Origin: Anaerolineae bacterium
GTDB taxonomy: Bacteria; Desulfobacterota; Desulfobacteria; Desulfobacterales; ETH-SRB1
Assembly (NCBI GenBank): GCA_035529315.1
Contig: DATKWZ010000016.1
Span: 9,650 to 73,649 of the forward strand
DNA length: 64,000 nt
Reading direction: 5' to 3'
Both the position numbers and the translations under genes were made by a program. Below the pieces are notes generated by a model. It did no database searches. It was not told where the DNA came from and saw only the letters and a program-made list of their open reading frames with translations. Every line of letters starts with the position of its first letter. The first letter of the stretch is position 1. Shown piece by piece: positions 16,094-24,467 of the stretch.

Positions 16094-16207
16094 AATTAAT
16101 TTCGGTCTGTTTTTTGAACCTCAAACCGGAGGATCACGTGACCAGCCATGGTATTAAAAAAATGAAGCCCCATTTCTTCAGAAATATGAAGGATGGGGCT
16201 TTTTGCT
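16094..16207 (+). ncRNA. Candidate small RNA or attenuating leader (copy 2)
   Basis: Same architecture as 13761-13866. The terminator stem lies at 16165-16200 and is followed by TTTT. The next gene starts about 170 nt downstream. Confidence 0.4.
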
Positions 16208-16373
16208 TATGCAGGCCTGGATCTGGAACCATGAACTAAAAAAAAGATTTAGCTGTTCTATTTTTGATAATACAAACTTATAAACTGAAGAGCATCCCGT
16301 AAGTACACATAGAATATAAACTTAGTGCCTTTTGAGAGCAAACACCAACATCAATCTTAAGGAGGTAGAGATC

Positions 16374-17435
16374 ATGTCGGAAAGTCAGATGAAAGATCGT
16401 ATTGCAGAGGAGTTAAAGAAGGCTAAAGAGGCTGGACAGATCACTACGGAAAAGGTGCGTGAGATTGTCAGGGAAGCGGTATCTGATGCCGTGGCCGAAA
16501 CCAGGGGCAGTGTTGAGGCGCTTCGCCCTGTTGTTAAGGATGCTGTAGCTGCGGCCGTGGATAGTTTGAAGGATGCCGGAGAGGCAAAAGAGACCGTAGA
16601 AGGTGCTGTAGAAGGTGCCATTGCCGGCGTTCGCAGCCACGGAGATCATGCAGTGGAGGCTACCCGGAACGAACTCCGGAAACTCGAAAAACGGCTCGAA
16701 GATGAGAAGACGGAGCTGGCGCAAAGTCTCAGAAAAGGCATTGAAGGGGCAAAAGAGGCAGGGGCTGCATTGCCCAAAGATATCAGAGAGAGGGTTGAAT
16801 CTGCTGTATCCGACATTAAACTGAAAAGTACGGAACTGTTGGGTTTGACCAGACAGACTATTAAAGAAGCAGTCAAACACACCATTGAGTCCGGCAAAGA
16901 TGTCAAAGAAACTGTTGCTAAGATTACCAGAGATGCCGCGGAAAGAGCTCTGAAAGAAGGCCGGTTCAGTGCGGACAGAGTGAAGAGAATTGCCGAAAAA
17001 GTCATGTCCGGCGCGGTGGAAGCCGCCGAGGAGACCGGCAAAGAGATTAAGAATGTTGCTGTTGGCACTTTTGAAGGGGTTCAGAAAGGGATCGCAACAG
17101 GAATAGAATCTGTTGGAGATAAGACAAAGGCATTTGTCCGTGAGGACATTGCCCGGACAAAGGAAGATTTTGAGGCGATCGAGAGCCTTTTCATTGAGAC
17201 TACCCGCAAAGTAGCCCAACGTTCGGGAGATGTGGCAAAGGACGTATTGAATGATCTTGCCGATAAGACCAAAAAAACAACAAAATCAACCACGGAAGCT
17301 GTCGGCAAAGCAGCCCATATTATGGCCGAAGAAGCAAAGGAACTCGGGAAAAGGTCTGTAGCTGTGGCAAAGGGAGCTATCTCCGGCATGTGGAAGGGAG
17401 CAAAAGAGGCTATTAAAAAAGAGAAGGAGGAATAA
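16374..17435 (+). CDS. Ala/Glu/Lys-rich helical-repeat protein (LEA/apolipoprotein/phasin-like composition)
   Basis: An AAGGAGG ribosome-binding site precedes ATG 16374. Amphipathic segments recur (VREAVSDAVAE, VKDAVAAAVDS, VEGAVEGAIAG, IKEAVKHTIES). There is no TM segment and no Cys. Confidence 0.75.
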   Translation: MSESQMKDRIAEELKKAKEAGQITTEKVREIVREAVSDAVAETRGSVEALRPVVKDAVAAAVDSLKDAGEAKETVEGAVEGAIAGVRSHGDHAVEATRNELRKLEKRLEDEKTELAQSLRKGIEGAKEAGAALPKDIRERVESAVSDIKLKSTELLGLTRQTIKEAVKHTIESGKDVKETVAKITRDAAERALKEGRFSADRVKRIAEKVMSGAVEAAEETGKEIKNVAVGTFEGVQKGIATGIESVGDKTKAFVREDIARTKEDFEAIESLFIETTRKVAQRSGDVAKDVLNDLADKTKKTTKSTTEAVGKAAHIMAEEAKELGKRSVAVAKGAISGMWKGAKEAIKKEKEE

Positions 17436-17676
17436 ATGCTTAACCGCTGGAAAAAGCTCAGGTAAAGCCCTTATAATCGGCTCCACATTAATCGTTCTTT
17501 CCAAGACACCGCGTTTCCTGTTCCGCATCCCTCTCGTCGGCATCATCGGCTTCCTGGCAGCCGCACTTATGGAGGGAGTTTCGTTCCTTGATAAATTAAT
17601 ATATGTAACTGGTCGGGTATGCGACAAGGCTTGGTCTGATCGACGTGGGCCACTGGAAAGGCTAACCTGCTTATGA
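17436..17676 (+). pseudogene. Small two-TM membrane protein, apparently frameshifted in an A5 run
   Basis: ATG 17436 abuts the upstream stop. MLNRWKKLR* terminates early, but removing one A from 17451-17455 gives MLNRWKSSGKALIIGSTLIVLSKTPRFLFRIPLVGIIGFLAAALMEG...TCL*, which ends at 17676. Confidence 0.4.
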
Positions 17677-17803
17677 TAAATTCCTGCCTCCCGGTGAATT
17701 CCCTCATAAAAATGAGCCCCTCCCTCTATTTACAAATCAGATTCAGTCAAGTAGAAAGAGTTTCGGGACATCCTATATATACATGCAGGATAAAGGAGGC
17801 AAT

Positions 17804-18253
17804 ATGGCAACATTAGGGCACATCATGAAGCAAAAGATTGGTATCTGGATCGATCACAAGGAGGCAATTTTGGTTTCGATAGAAGGCGACCAAACAACGA
17901 TTGAGCGTATCGAGTCAGGCGCCGAAAGCCACTTTCGTCCATCAGGCGGATGGAAGGCGAGTGGCACTTACGTGGCTCAGTCAATATCAAAAGAGCAAAA
18001 AGCGGATGAGCGCCGCAAACACCAGTTTCATGACTTCTATCAGATGATAATTAAAAAGGTCGGCAAAGCCAACAATATCTTCATCTTTGGTCCTGGTAAA
18101 GCGAAACTTGAACTGGCAAAAGAAATTGAGAAAATAAAAAGCCGGCACGACAGGATTGCAGCAGTCGAAACCTCCGACAGGTTAACCGAAAACCAAATAG
18201 TTGCAAAGGTGAAATCCTTTTTTTTAGCGTCAGAGAATCAGAACTTACCATAG
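17804..18253 (+). CDS. Conserved-looking hypothetical protein
   Basis: An AAGGAGG ribosome-binding site precedes ATG 17804. IGIWIDHKEAILV and IFIFGPGKAKLELAKEI resemble a family of uncharacterised proteins I recall only loosely. Function is not assigned. Confidence 0.65.
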   Translation: MATLGHIMKQKIGIWIDHKEAILVSIEGDQTTIERIESGAESHFRPSGGWKASGTYVAQSISKEQKADERRKHQFHDFYQMIIKKVGKANNIFIFGPGKAKLELAKEIEKIKSRHDRIAAVETSDRLTENQIVAKVKSFFLASENQNLP

Positions 18254-18378
18254 GCTGAACGATAGCAATTTGAGACGAGAGGAAATTGACGCGGAACAAC
18301 GCCATGCACTCAGACAGGAAGACATAAAGATTAAAAGTTAAATTATCCAGCGTCGCTATAAATTATATTGATTTATAA

Positions 18379-18423
18379 GGTGGCCAAAATGGAGCGGAAT
18401 GGGTGGCCAAAATCAAGCGGAAT
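18379..18423 (+). promoter_or_regulatory. Tandem 22-nt direct repeat upstream of the dsrE2-like gene
   Basis: GGTGGCCAAAATGGAGCGGAAT (18379-18400) and GGTGGCCAAAATCAAGCGGAAT (18402-18423), 19 of 22 identical and 1 nt apart. They lie 27 nt upstream of ATG 18450. Confidence 0.5.
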
Positions 18424-18449
18424 ATCTATAGGACAAAAGGAGGAAAGAA

Positions 18450-18902
18450 ATGGATGAAATTCAGGGTCAAAAAAATGCTGCTGCTTTTATTACATCCAAA
18501 GACACTCTTGATGGAGTCTATCCGGGACTCATATTAGCAATAAACGCAAGACGGTTAGGTATGGAGTCTACAGTGTTTTATACTTTTATGGGAATAAACG
18601 TTATCCGAAAAGGCTGGATAGATAAAGCCAAATTCCAGCCTCCGGGATTCATGGGCGCTATCCCAGGGATGTCGGCCGTTGCCACATGGATGATGAAGGA
18701 AAAAATGGAAAAAGCGAATATTCCTCCTCTTTCCGACCTTCAGGAAGTAGCTCAAGTCGAAGGTGTGAAGTTTGTTGCTTGCAAGATGACTGTAGATATG
18801 ATGCAATTTTCAGAAAAAGACTTCATAGATGGAGTTATAATCCAAACAGCTGAAAAATTTTTGAAATATGCTAAGGATTGTAAAATATTACTATATACTT
18901 AG
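18450..18902 (+). CDS. DsrE/DsrF-like (DsrE2-type) sulfur-relay family protein
   Basis: 150 aa. DGVYPGLILAINARRLGMESTVFYTFMGINV and VKFVACKMTVDMM resemble the DsrE_2 family. A GGAGG ribosome-binding site is present. Confidence 0.75.
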   Translation: MDEIQGQKNAAAFITSKDTLDGVYPGLILAINARRLGMESTVFYTFMGINVIRKGWIDKAKFQPPGFMGAIPGMSAVATWMMKEKMEKANIPPLSDLQEVAQVEGVKFVACKMTVDMMQFSEKDFIDGVIIQTAEKFLKYAKDCKILLYT

Positions 18903-19120
18903 TCGCTGGTAAATTTTAAGTTGCAATTTCCAAATGATTGGAACGAAAAAGATATTCTTGAGGAAATTAAGGGCTAATTTCTTGACAATATATCTGCCAA
19001 AATATATGTGAAAAGTTTTAAATGTTATGCCTCTATAGGAGAGGATGTAAAGATCTGGTTCGAAAATTTTGGTCTGGCCTTATAAAGATTAAACATTTTT
19101 TTTAAAAAAAAGGGGGGAGA

Positions 19121-19999
19121 ATGAATCGTTTTATCAAACCAATTATTGCTGCTATTTTTATTTTTTCATTGATAATGTTTCCTGTAGCTTGTGGTGGGGA
19201 CGACGCAGAGAAAAATAAAGCTCCTGCTAAAAAGGCAGAGGCAAAGCCTGCTGTAAAACATGAGGCGGCAATGGAAAAAGCAAAACCAAGCCCTGACAAA
19301 GCCATTGAAATGCTCAAGGCAGGTAACTCCAGATTTATTGACGGAATCCCAAATCATCCTCACATCAATCGCGCCCGTCTAATTCAGGCTGGAAAAGAAA
19401 ATCAGGGGGATCATGCTTATGCTACGGTTATTACTTGCTCAGACTCACGTGTACCTGTTGAGTTAATTTTTGATGCAGGCGTAATGGATATATTTGTTAT
19501 CAGGGTCGCTGGTAATGTTTGTGATACAGACGAGGTCGGATCAATTGAATATGGTTTAGCACATGTTAATACTCCGGTTTTGGTTGTTCTTGGCCATACC
19601 CAGTGTGGAGCCGTTACCGCCGTTACTAATGCTGTCCATGGAACAGGACACGCCCTGGAAAGAAATATTCCGCCTCTTGTTGACAATATTCAGCCCGCAG
19701 TGAAAATTGCAATGTCTAAACACGCTGATGTAAAAGGGGATGCAATTATCCCATATGCTATTGAAGAAAATGTGTGGGTGGGAATTGAAGACCTCTTCAT
19801 GGCAAGCCCTGCAAGCAGAGATCTTGTAAAGAGTGGAAAAACAAAAGTAATTGGCGCTATTTATGATGTAGGCGCAGGTGTTATTAATTGGCTGCCGGAA
19901 AGTAAAACAATGGATATCCTGAAAAAGGTTGAGGCAAATCCTGATCGAGCTATGAACGCTATGGCCGGCAACGGTAAACAAGGTGGTGGTTCTCATTAA
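19121..19999 (+). CDS. Beta-class carbonic anhydrase with N-terminal signal peptide
   Basis: Zn-ligand motifs CSDSR and GHTQCGAV are present. The N-terminal hydrophobic leader ends in VACGG (a possible lipobox), followed by a Lys/Ala-rich linker. Confidence 0.9.
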   Translation: MNRFIKPIIAAIFIFSLIMFPVACGGDDAEKNKAPAKKAEAKPAVKHEAAMEKAKPSPDKAIEMLKAGNSRFIDGIPNHPHINRARLIQAGKENQGDHAYATVITCSDSRVPVELIFDAGVMDIFVIRVAGNVCDTDEVGSIEYGLAHVNTPVLVVLGHTQCGAVTAVTNAVHGTGHALERNIPPLVDNIQPAVKIAMSKHADVKGDAIIPYAIEENVWVGIEDLFMASPASRDLVKSGKTKVIGAIYDVGAGVINWLPESKTMDILKKVEANPDRAMNAMAGNGKQGGGSH

Positions 20000-20032
20000 A
20001 AACTGCGCTGCATCACTTAGATATAGAGCTGT

Positions 20033-20069
20033 AAGGCAGTGTCAGCAATGGCTCTGCCTTTTTTATTTT
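20033..20069 (+). terminator. Rho-independent terminator after the carbonic anhydrase gene
   Basis: An AAGGCAG...CTGCCTT stem is followed by TTTTTATTTT. Confidence 0.6.
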
Positions 20070-20114
20070 AGAATAACAGAACCACGACTTTCTTTTTTGG
20101 AGGACTAAAAAGCT

Positions 20115-20849
20115 ATGGAAAAAACCGAAAAGTTAGCAGTTCTTATAGACGCGGATAATGCTCAACCAAGTATTGTGGATAGCTTACTGTCAGAGATAGC
20201 AAATTACGGAATAGCCAGCGTCAAAAGAATCTATGGCGATTGGACCTCGGCCGGCCTGAAAGGATGGAAAGATGTTCTATTGCAATATTCTATTCAGCCG
20301 ATGCAGCAATTTGCGTATACAAAAGGAAAAAATGCAACTGATAGCGCAATGATTATTGATGCAATGGACTTATTGTACACCAACAACTTTAACGGATTCT
20401 GCATAGTATCGAGTGATAGTGATTTTACCAAGCTGGCGTCAAGAATTAGAGAATCAGGATTATTGGTGTATGGCTTTGGAGAGCAAAAGACCCCTTCTGC
20501 TTTTGTTTCAGCTTGTGACAAATTTATTTACACAGAGGTCCTTCGCGCGAAGACCGATGAAAGTAAAGCGATTGTCAAAAAATCCAGTGGGGAGTTAAAA
20601 CAGGATACAAAACTGGTAAGCCTGATACGTAATGCAGTGGAATCGTCCTCCGATGAAAGCGGGTGGGCTCATCTTGCATCTGTCGGCAGTAATATTGCGA
20701 AACAATCACCTGAGTTTGATCCACGTAATTACGGGTATGGAAAGTTGGGTGAGCTGGTTTCTGCAACAAAGCTTTTTGACATGGAAGAAAGACAAATAGG
20801 CAACACCAATTCAAAGGCCCTTTATGTTCGTGACAAGCGTAAAAAATAG
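20115..20849 (+). CDS. NYN-domain (LabA-like) nuclease fused to an OST-HTH/LOTUS domain
   Basis: LAVLIDADNA...IYGDW...FCIVSSDSDFTKLASRIRESG is the NYN part. The C-terminal GWAHLASVGSNIAKQSPEFDPRNYGYGKLGELV is OST-HTH-like. Confidence 0.85.
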   Translation: MEKTEKLAVLIDADNAQPSIVDSLLSEIANYGIASVKRIYGDWTSAGLKGWKDVLLQYSIQPMQQFAYTKGKNATDSAMIIDAMDLLYTNNFNGFCIVSSDSDFTKLASRIRESGLLVYGFGEQKTPSAFVSACDKFIYTEVLRAKTDESKAIVKKSSGELKQDTKLVSLIRNAVESSSDESGWAHLASVGSNIAKQSPEFDPRNYGYGKLGELVSATKLFDMEERQIGNTNSKALYVRDKRKK

Positions 20850-20876
20850 ATTTAAGGCTAAAATATTACTAAGATT

Positions 20877-23555
20877 CTAATAGCGTTGCACAACTTTTTT
20901 GCGAATAAAATCCAGTCCAAAAATCAGAGGAATGCCGAGCCAGGCAAGTAAGTAAATCTCTACAGGAACCGGTCCTGTAGCCATGACTTTTTGTGCCGGA
21001 GGAAAGTACAGGACTACCCAGGAAAATACAATCTGAATAATAATTCCGAAAAAAATAAGTTTATTCTTAAAGATACCCATGTCCAGTCCTGAACGATAGA
21101 TAAAACGGCGCCCTATAAGGTTTCCGATCTGCATGAGCAGAATGGTGGACAAGGCAATGCCTGTTGCTGAACGGTAAAGTGCGTTGTTTGAAGCAAGCTC
21201 CTGACCGTATTCCCATCCACCTTCTACAAGGACAAGGAAAAACAAAAAGATAGACCACAGAGCCTCGAGTAATCCAAGAAACAGATAGCTGTGCATGATT
21301 AGAGGACGTGTAAGAAGCCCCTCGCTTCGGTCCCGTGGAGGCCGACGCATATCCTCGGGATCGGGTGGTTCCTGCCCCAGCCCCATTGATGGAATGATAT
21401 CCGTTCCCAGATCAATAGACAGTATCTGAATCACCGTAAGGGCCAACGGAACCGGCAGCAAAATATAAATAAGATATGGCAGGATTTCAGGTCCATTGCT
21501 CACGAGCACATAATTGGTAAATTTCTTTATATTGCTGTAAATCGCTCGCCCTTCTTCAACTCCTGCTACAATAGAAGCAAAATTATCATCCAACAGGACG
21601 ATCTGCGCCGACTCCCTGGCCACATCAGTACCTTTTTTTCCCATAGCAACACCAACATCGGCTGCTTTGAGGGCCGGAGCATCGTTCACCCCGTCGCCGG
21701 TCATGGCCACTACTTTGTCCATAGCCTTAAGGGCGGCTACGATTTTCATTTTTTGCTCAGGAGTCGTTCGCGCAAAAACCGAAACCCCCTTGCCCAGCGC
21801 CTCTATAAGCTGTTCTTGTGTCAATTCCTCTAAAATATCTCCTGTCAGGACTCCCGCCATATTCCGGCCATCCACCACAATTCCGCTTTTCCGAGCAATG
21901 GCTAAGGCTGTATCAGGGTGGTCGCCGGTAATCATAATAACATCAATACCGGCATCCTGACACTTTTTAACCGCAGGGGGTACTTCCTTGCGAATGGGGT
22001 CCTCGATCCCCATAAAACCGGCAAGGATAAGATCATGCTCCAAGTCCTCCTGTTTGGCATCTGTATAATCCCCTTCCGCAAGTACGCGATAGGCTATGGC
22101 AATAACACGTAAACCTGTTGCAGCGACCTTTCTCATTGCCGCCTCAGCCTTTTCAAGAGCCTCTTCATCAACCTTGACCGGCTGTGCCGCCAAGTCCGCT
22201 TGCATCTGAGAAATAAACGGGCGAATGGCCACCGAGGCTCCTTTGACTACAAAGAACTTCTGAGAATCCTCCGAAAAGATACCGGCTGATCTTCTTTTAT
22301 CAACGTCAAAGGCAAAATGTTTTTCGATATTTTTTTCAAAACCAGCAAAATCCCCACCTTTTTTCACATAGGAATCAGCAACTGAGACATCAAGAGGATC
22401 TCCTGAAAACCCCTCTTCTGATTTGCGGACTTCGGATGCACTGAGGGCAAGCTTCAGTAGAAAATTCTCTGAGCCCTTATCTTTGAATTTTTCGCAGGCA
22501 AGGGCATCTCCCAGGTGTGTAATTGTCAGCTGGTTATGAGTTAGAGTTCCTGTTTTGTCCGTGCAGATCACATGAACCGCACCCAATGCCTCCACGGCTT
22601 TCAGTTCTTTTACCAGTACGTTCTTTTTAGCCATCCGCAAGCTGCCGATTGCCAGAGACAGGGTAAACGTGGGCAAAAGACCTTCAGGAACGTTGGCCAC
22701 GATAATGCCCATCATAAACACCAGGTTTACCCAGAGAGACCTTCCGCTAAAAACTCCATAGAGAAAGAACAAAAACCCCATGCTGACGGCAATAATAGTC
22801 AGAATCTTCACCATGCGGCCGGTCTCGTACTCCAGGGGGGATGGGCTTCTTCTGATAGCCTGAGAAAGCTGAGCCAGCTTACCAAACTCTGTTCTGATAC
22901 CTGTTGCAAAGATGACTGCCTCGCCACTGCCTTTGAAAACAGAGCATCCTGCAAAAACAAGATTTTCGCTTTCCGACATTCGTTTATCTACTGCTGATTC
23001 ATGGAGGCTCTGTGCCTTGGACTCCCCTGTGAGTGGAGCATTGTTTACCACCAGATCCCCGCTCTTGACCAACCGGCCATCAGCCGCGATACGGTCGCCT
23101 TCCGAGACAATAAGCACATCTCCGGGGACAAGATCCTCGGCAAGGATTTCGACATTATTTCCATTACGCCTGACCCAGACACGAGGAGGCAGAAATTTCT
23201 TGAGGGCTTCCATTGCTTTTTCTGCGCGATATTCCTGTACAAAACTAAACAATGCGTTTAGGAAAGAGACCCCAAGCAGAGCCCATCCGAGCACATTCAT
23301 ACTTTCGCCGGGCTGGATATTATCGGCGACAAAGCAGATAACAGCAGAAACATTCAAAAGGATGGTAAAAAAATTTGTAAACTGTTTTAAGAGGGAACGA
23401 ACCCATTTCCATTGATCGCGGACTTCCACAGAGTTCCTGCCGACCTCCAGCAAGCGTTCTTCGACCTCCTGGTCGTTCAAACCCTCTGGTCGGCTTGACA
23501 GGTAAGAATAAACTTCATCAGGATTAACATTTTGTATTTGTTTTGCTTTATTCAT
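20877..23555 (-). CDS. Cation-transporting P-type ATPase (P2-like)
   Basis: 892 aa with ICTDKTGTLT (phospho-Asp), MITGDHPDTA and GDGVNDAPALKAADVG. TM bundles are present at both ends. Confidence 0.95.
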   Translation of the reverse strand: MNKAKQIQNVNPDEVYSYLSSRPEGLNDQEVEERLLEVGRNSVEVRDQWKWVRSLLKQFTNFFTILLNVSAVICFVADNIQPGESMNVLGWALLGVSFLNALFSFVQEYRAEKAMEALKKFLPPRVWVRRNGNNVEILAEDLVPGDVLIVSEGDRIAADGRLVKSGDLVVNNAPLTGESKAQSLHESAVDKRMSESENLVFAGCSVFKGSGEAVIFATGIRTEFGKLAQLSQAIRRSPSPLEYETGRMVKILTIIAVSMGFLFFLYGVFSGRSLWVNLVFMMGIIVANVPEGLLPTFTLSLAIGSLRMAKKNVLVKELKAVEALGAVHVICTDKTGTLTHNQLTITHLGDALACEKFKDKGSENFLLKLALSASEVRKSEEGFSGDPLDVSVADSYVKKGGDFAGFEKNIEKHFAFDVDKRRSAGIFSEDSQKFFVVKGASVAIRPFISQMQADLAAQPVKVDEEALEKAEAAMRKVAATGLRVIAIAYRVLAEGDYTDAKQEDLEHDLILAGFMGIEDPIRKEVPPAVKKCQDAGIDVIMITGDHPDTALAIARKSGIVVDGRNMAGVLTGDILEELTQEQLIEALGKGVSVFARTTPEQKMKIVAALKAMDKVVAMTGDGVNDAPALKAADVGVAMGKKGTDVARESAQIVLLDDNFASIVAGVEEGRAIYSNIKKFTNYVLVSNGPEILPYLIYILLPVPLALTVIQILSIDLGTDIIPSMGLGQEPPDPEDMRRPPRDRSEGLLTRPLIMHSYLFLGLLEALWSIFLFFLVLVEGGWEYGQELASNNALYRSATGIALSTILLMQIGNLIGRRFIYRSGLDMGIFKNKLIFFGIIIQIVFSWVVLYFPPAQKVMATGPVPVEIYLLAWLGIPLIFGLDFIRKKVVQRY

Positions 23556-24388
23556 ATTCCACTGTAGATTCCCATATCACAAGGAGTTCCACAGAGAACT
23601 CTCTCCAGCGAATCGGCATAAACAGCTCGATTAAGACGTGTGCGCTCTGATGCACCCAGTAGAATCATGCGTGTCTTTAACTTGCTGCCGTGAACCAGGA
23701 TCTCTCTCGACCAGTCGTTACTTACTACCACACGATAGTCTATCCGAAAGCCGGCAGCTCCGCATCCCTGCTTAATGTCCTGCATAACAGCAGCAAGGTA
23801 TTTCAACCCTTTTTTGCGTAATTCCTGCATGCGATGCGGAGAGGAATGGAGAAGCTGAAAAGAACTGACATTCATGACCCGAAGGAGATAGATTTCTTCT
23901 ACTTCAGGCAGAAACAGCTTGAAAAATGGCCAGGCTGATTTAAAACCCCTCGGATGTCCTGCCAGTGGAATTAAGAACTTGCGTGGATTCGCAAGCAAAC
24001 CCGGCTGTACTACGCGCACAGCCAGTACATTGAATTTGTCGGACTCGATGAGTTTTTCAGAAATGGTTCCAGATAAAAAGGCTTGTCTCTTGGAGCGAAT
24101 CCGAGTTCCGCACACAACAAAACTCTCTTTGCCGTGAGGAATGGCATTAACAAGCGACTGGAAAACATTCTTCTTTAAAGGAAGGATTTTACTACTTAGC
24201 TCTATACCTTGAGCGCTGCATTCTTGCTCAATTTTACCAATCTTTTCGAGAACTTGTACAGGAGAAACACTACCGTCCTGAATGTGGACAAGTGTCAGCG
24301 TTTTTTCAGCGGTATGGGCCGCAAGACGGATACCGTAGCGTGATACCCAGTCACCATTAAGCGACCCGTCATAGGCAAGATATATCAT
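23552..24388 (-). CDS. Tandem universal-stress-protein (Usp) domain protein
   Basis: There are two Usp-like halves (MIYLAYDGSLNG... and FLIPLAGHPRG...). The stop overlaps the ATPase start (ATGA on the minus strand at 23552-23555). Confidence 0.6.
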   Translation of the reverse strand: MIYLAYDGSLNGDWVSRYGIRLAAHTAEKTLTLVHIQDGSVSPVQVLEKIGKIEQECSAQGIELSSKILPLKKNVFQSLVNAIPHGKESFVVCGTRIRSKRQAFLSGTISEKLIESDKFNVLAVRVVQPGLLANPRKFLIPLAGHPRGFKSAWPFFKLFLPEVEEIYLLRVMNVSSFQLLHSSPHRMQELRKKGLKYLAAVMQDIKQGCGAAGFRIDYRVVVSNDWSREILVHGSKLKTRMILLGASERTRLNRAVYADSLERVLCGTPCDMGIYSGI

Positions 24389-24467
24389 ATTCTGGTCTCT
24401 GTGGTGGGTGGAAAATTATATGTATACGATTTTTAACCCCTGAACAGTGAACGGTTACTTGGCAATC

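Larger units (their letters stand above)
16038..16207 (+). repeat. Promoter/leader cassette, full copy 3 (about 170 bp)
   Basis: Collinear with 13695-13866, including the promoter, the AGGAGGATCACGTGACCAGCCAT core and the terminator hairpin. Confidence 0.9.

Noticed and set aside
16413-17389. Three antisense ORFs (268, 140 and 102 aa) opposite the helical-repeat gene
   Set aside because: They are explained by the repetitive GAA/GCN/AAG codon usage of the sense gene. Only the sense frame has a strong ribosome-binding site (AAGGAGG) and a coherent amphipathic repeat pattern.
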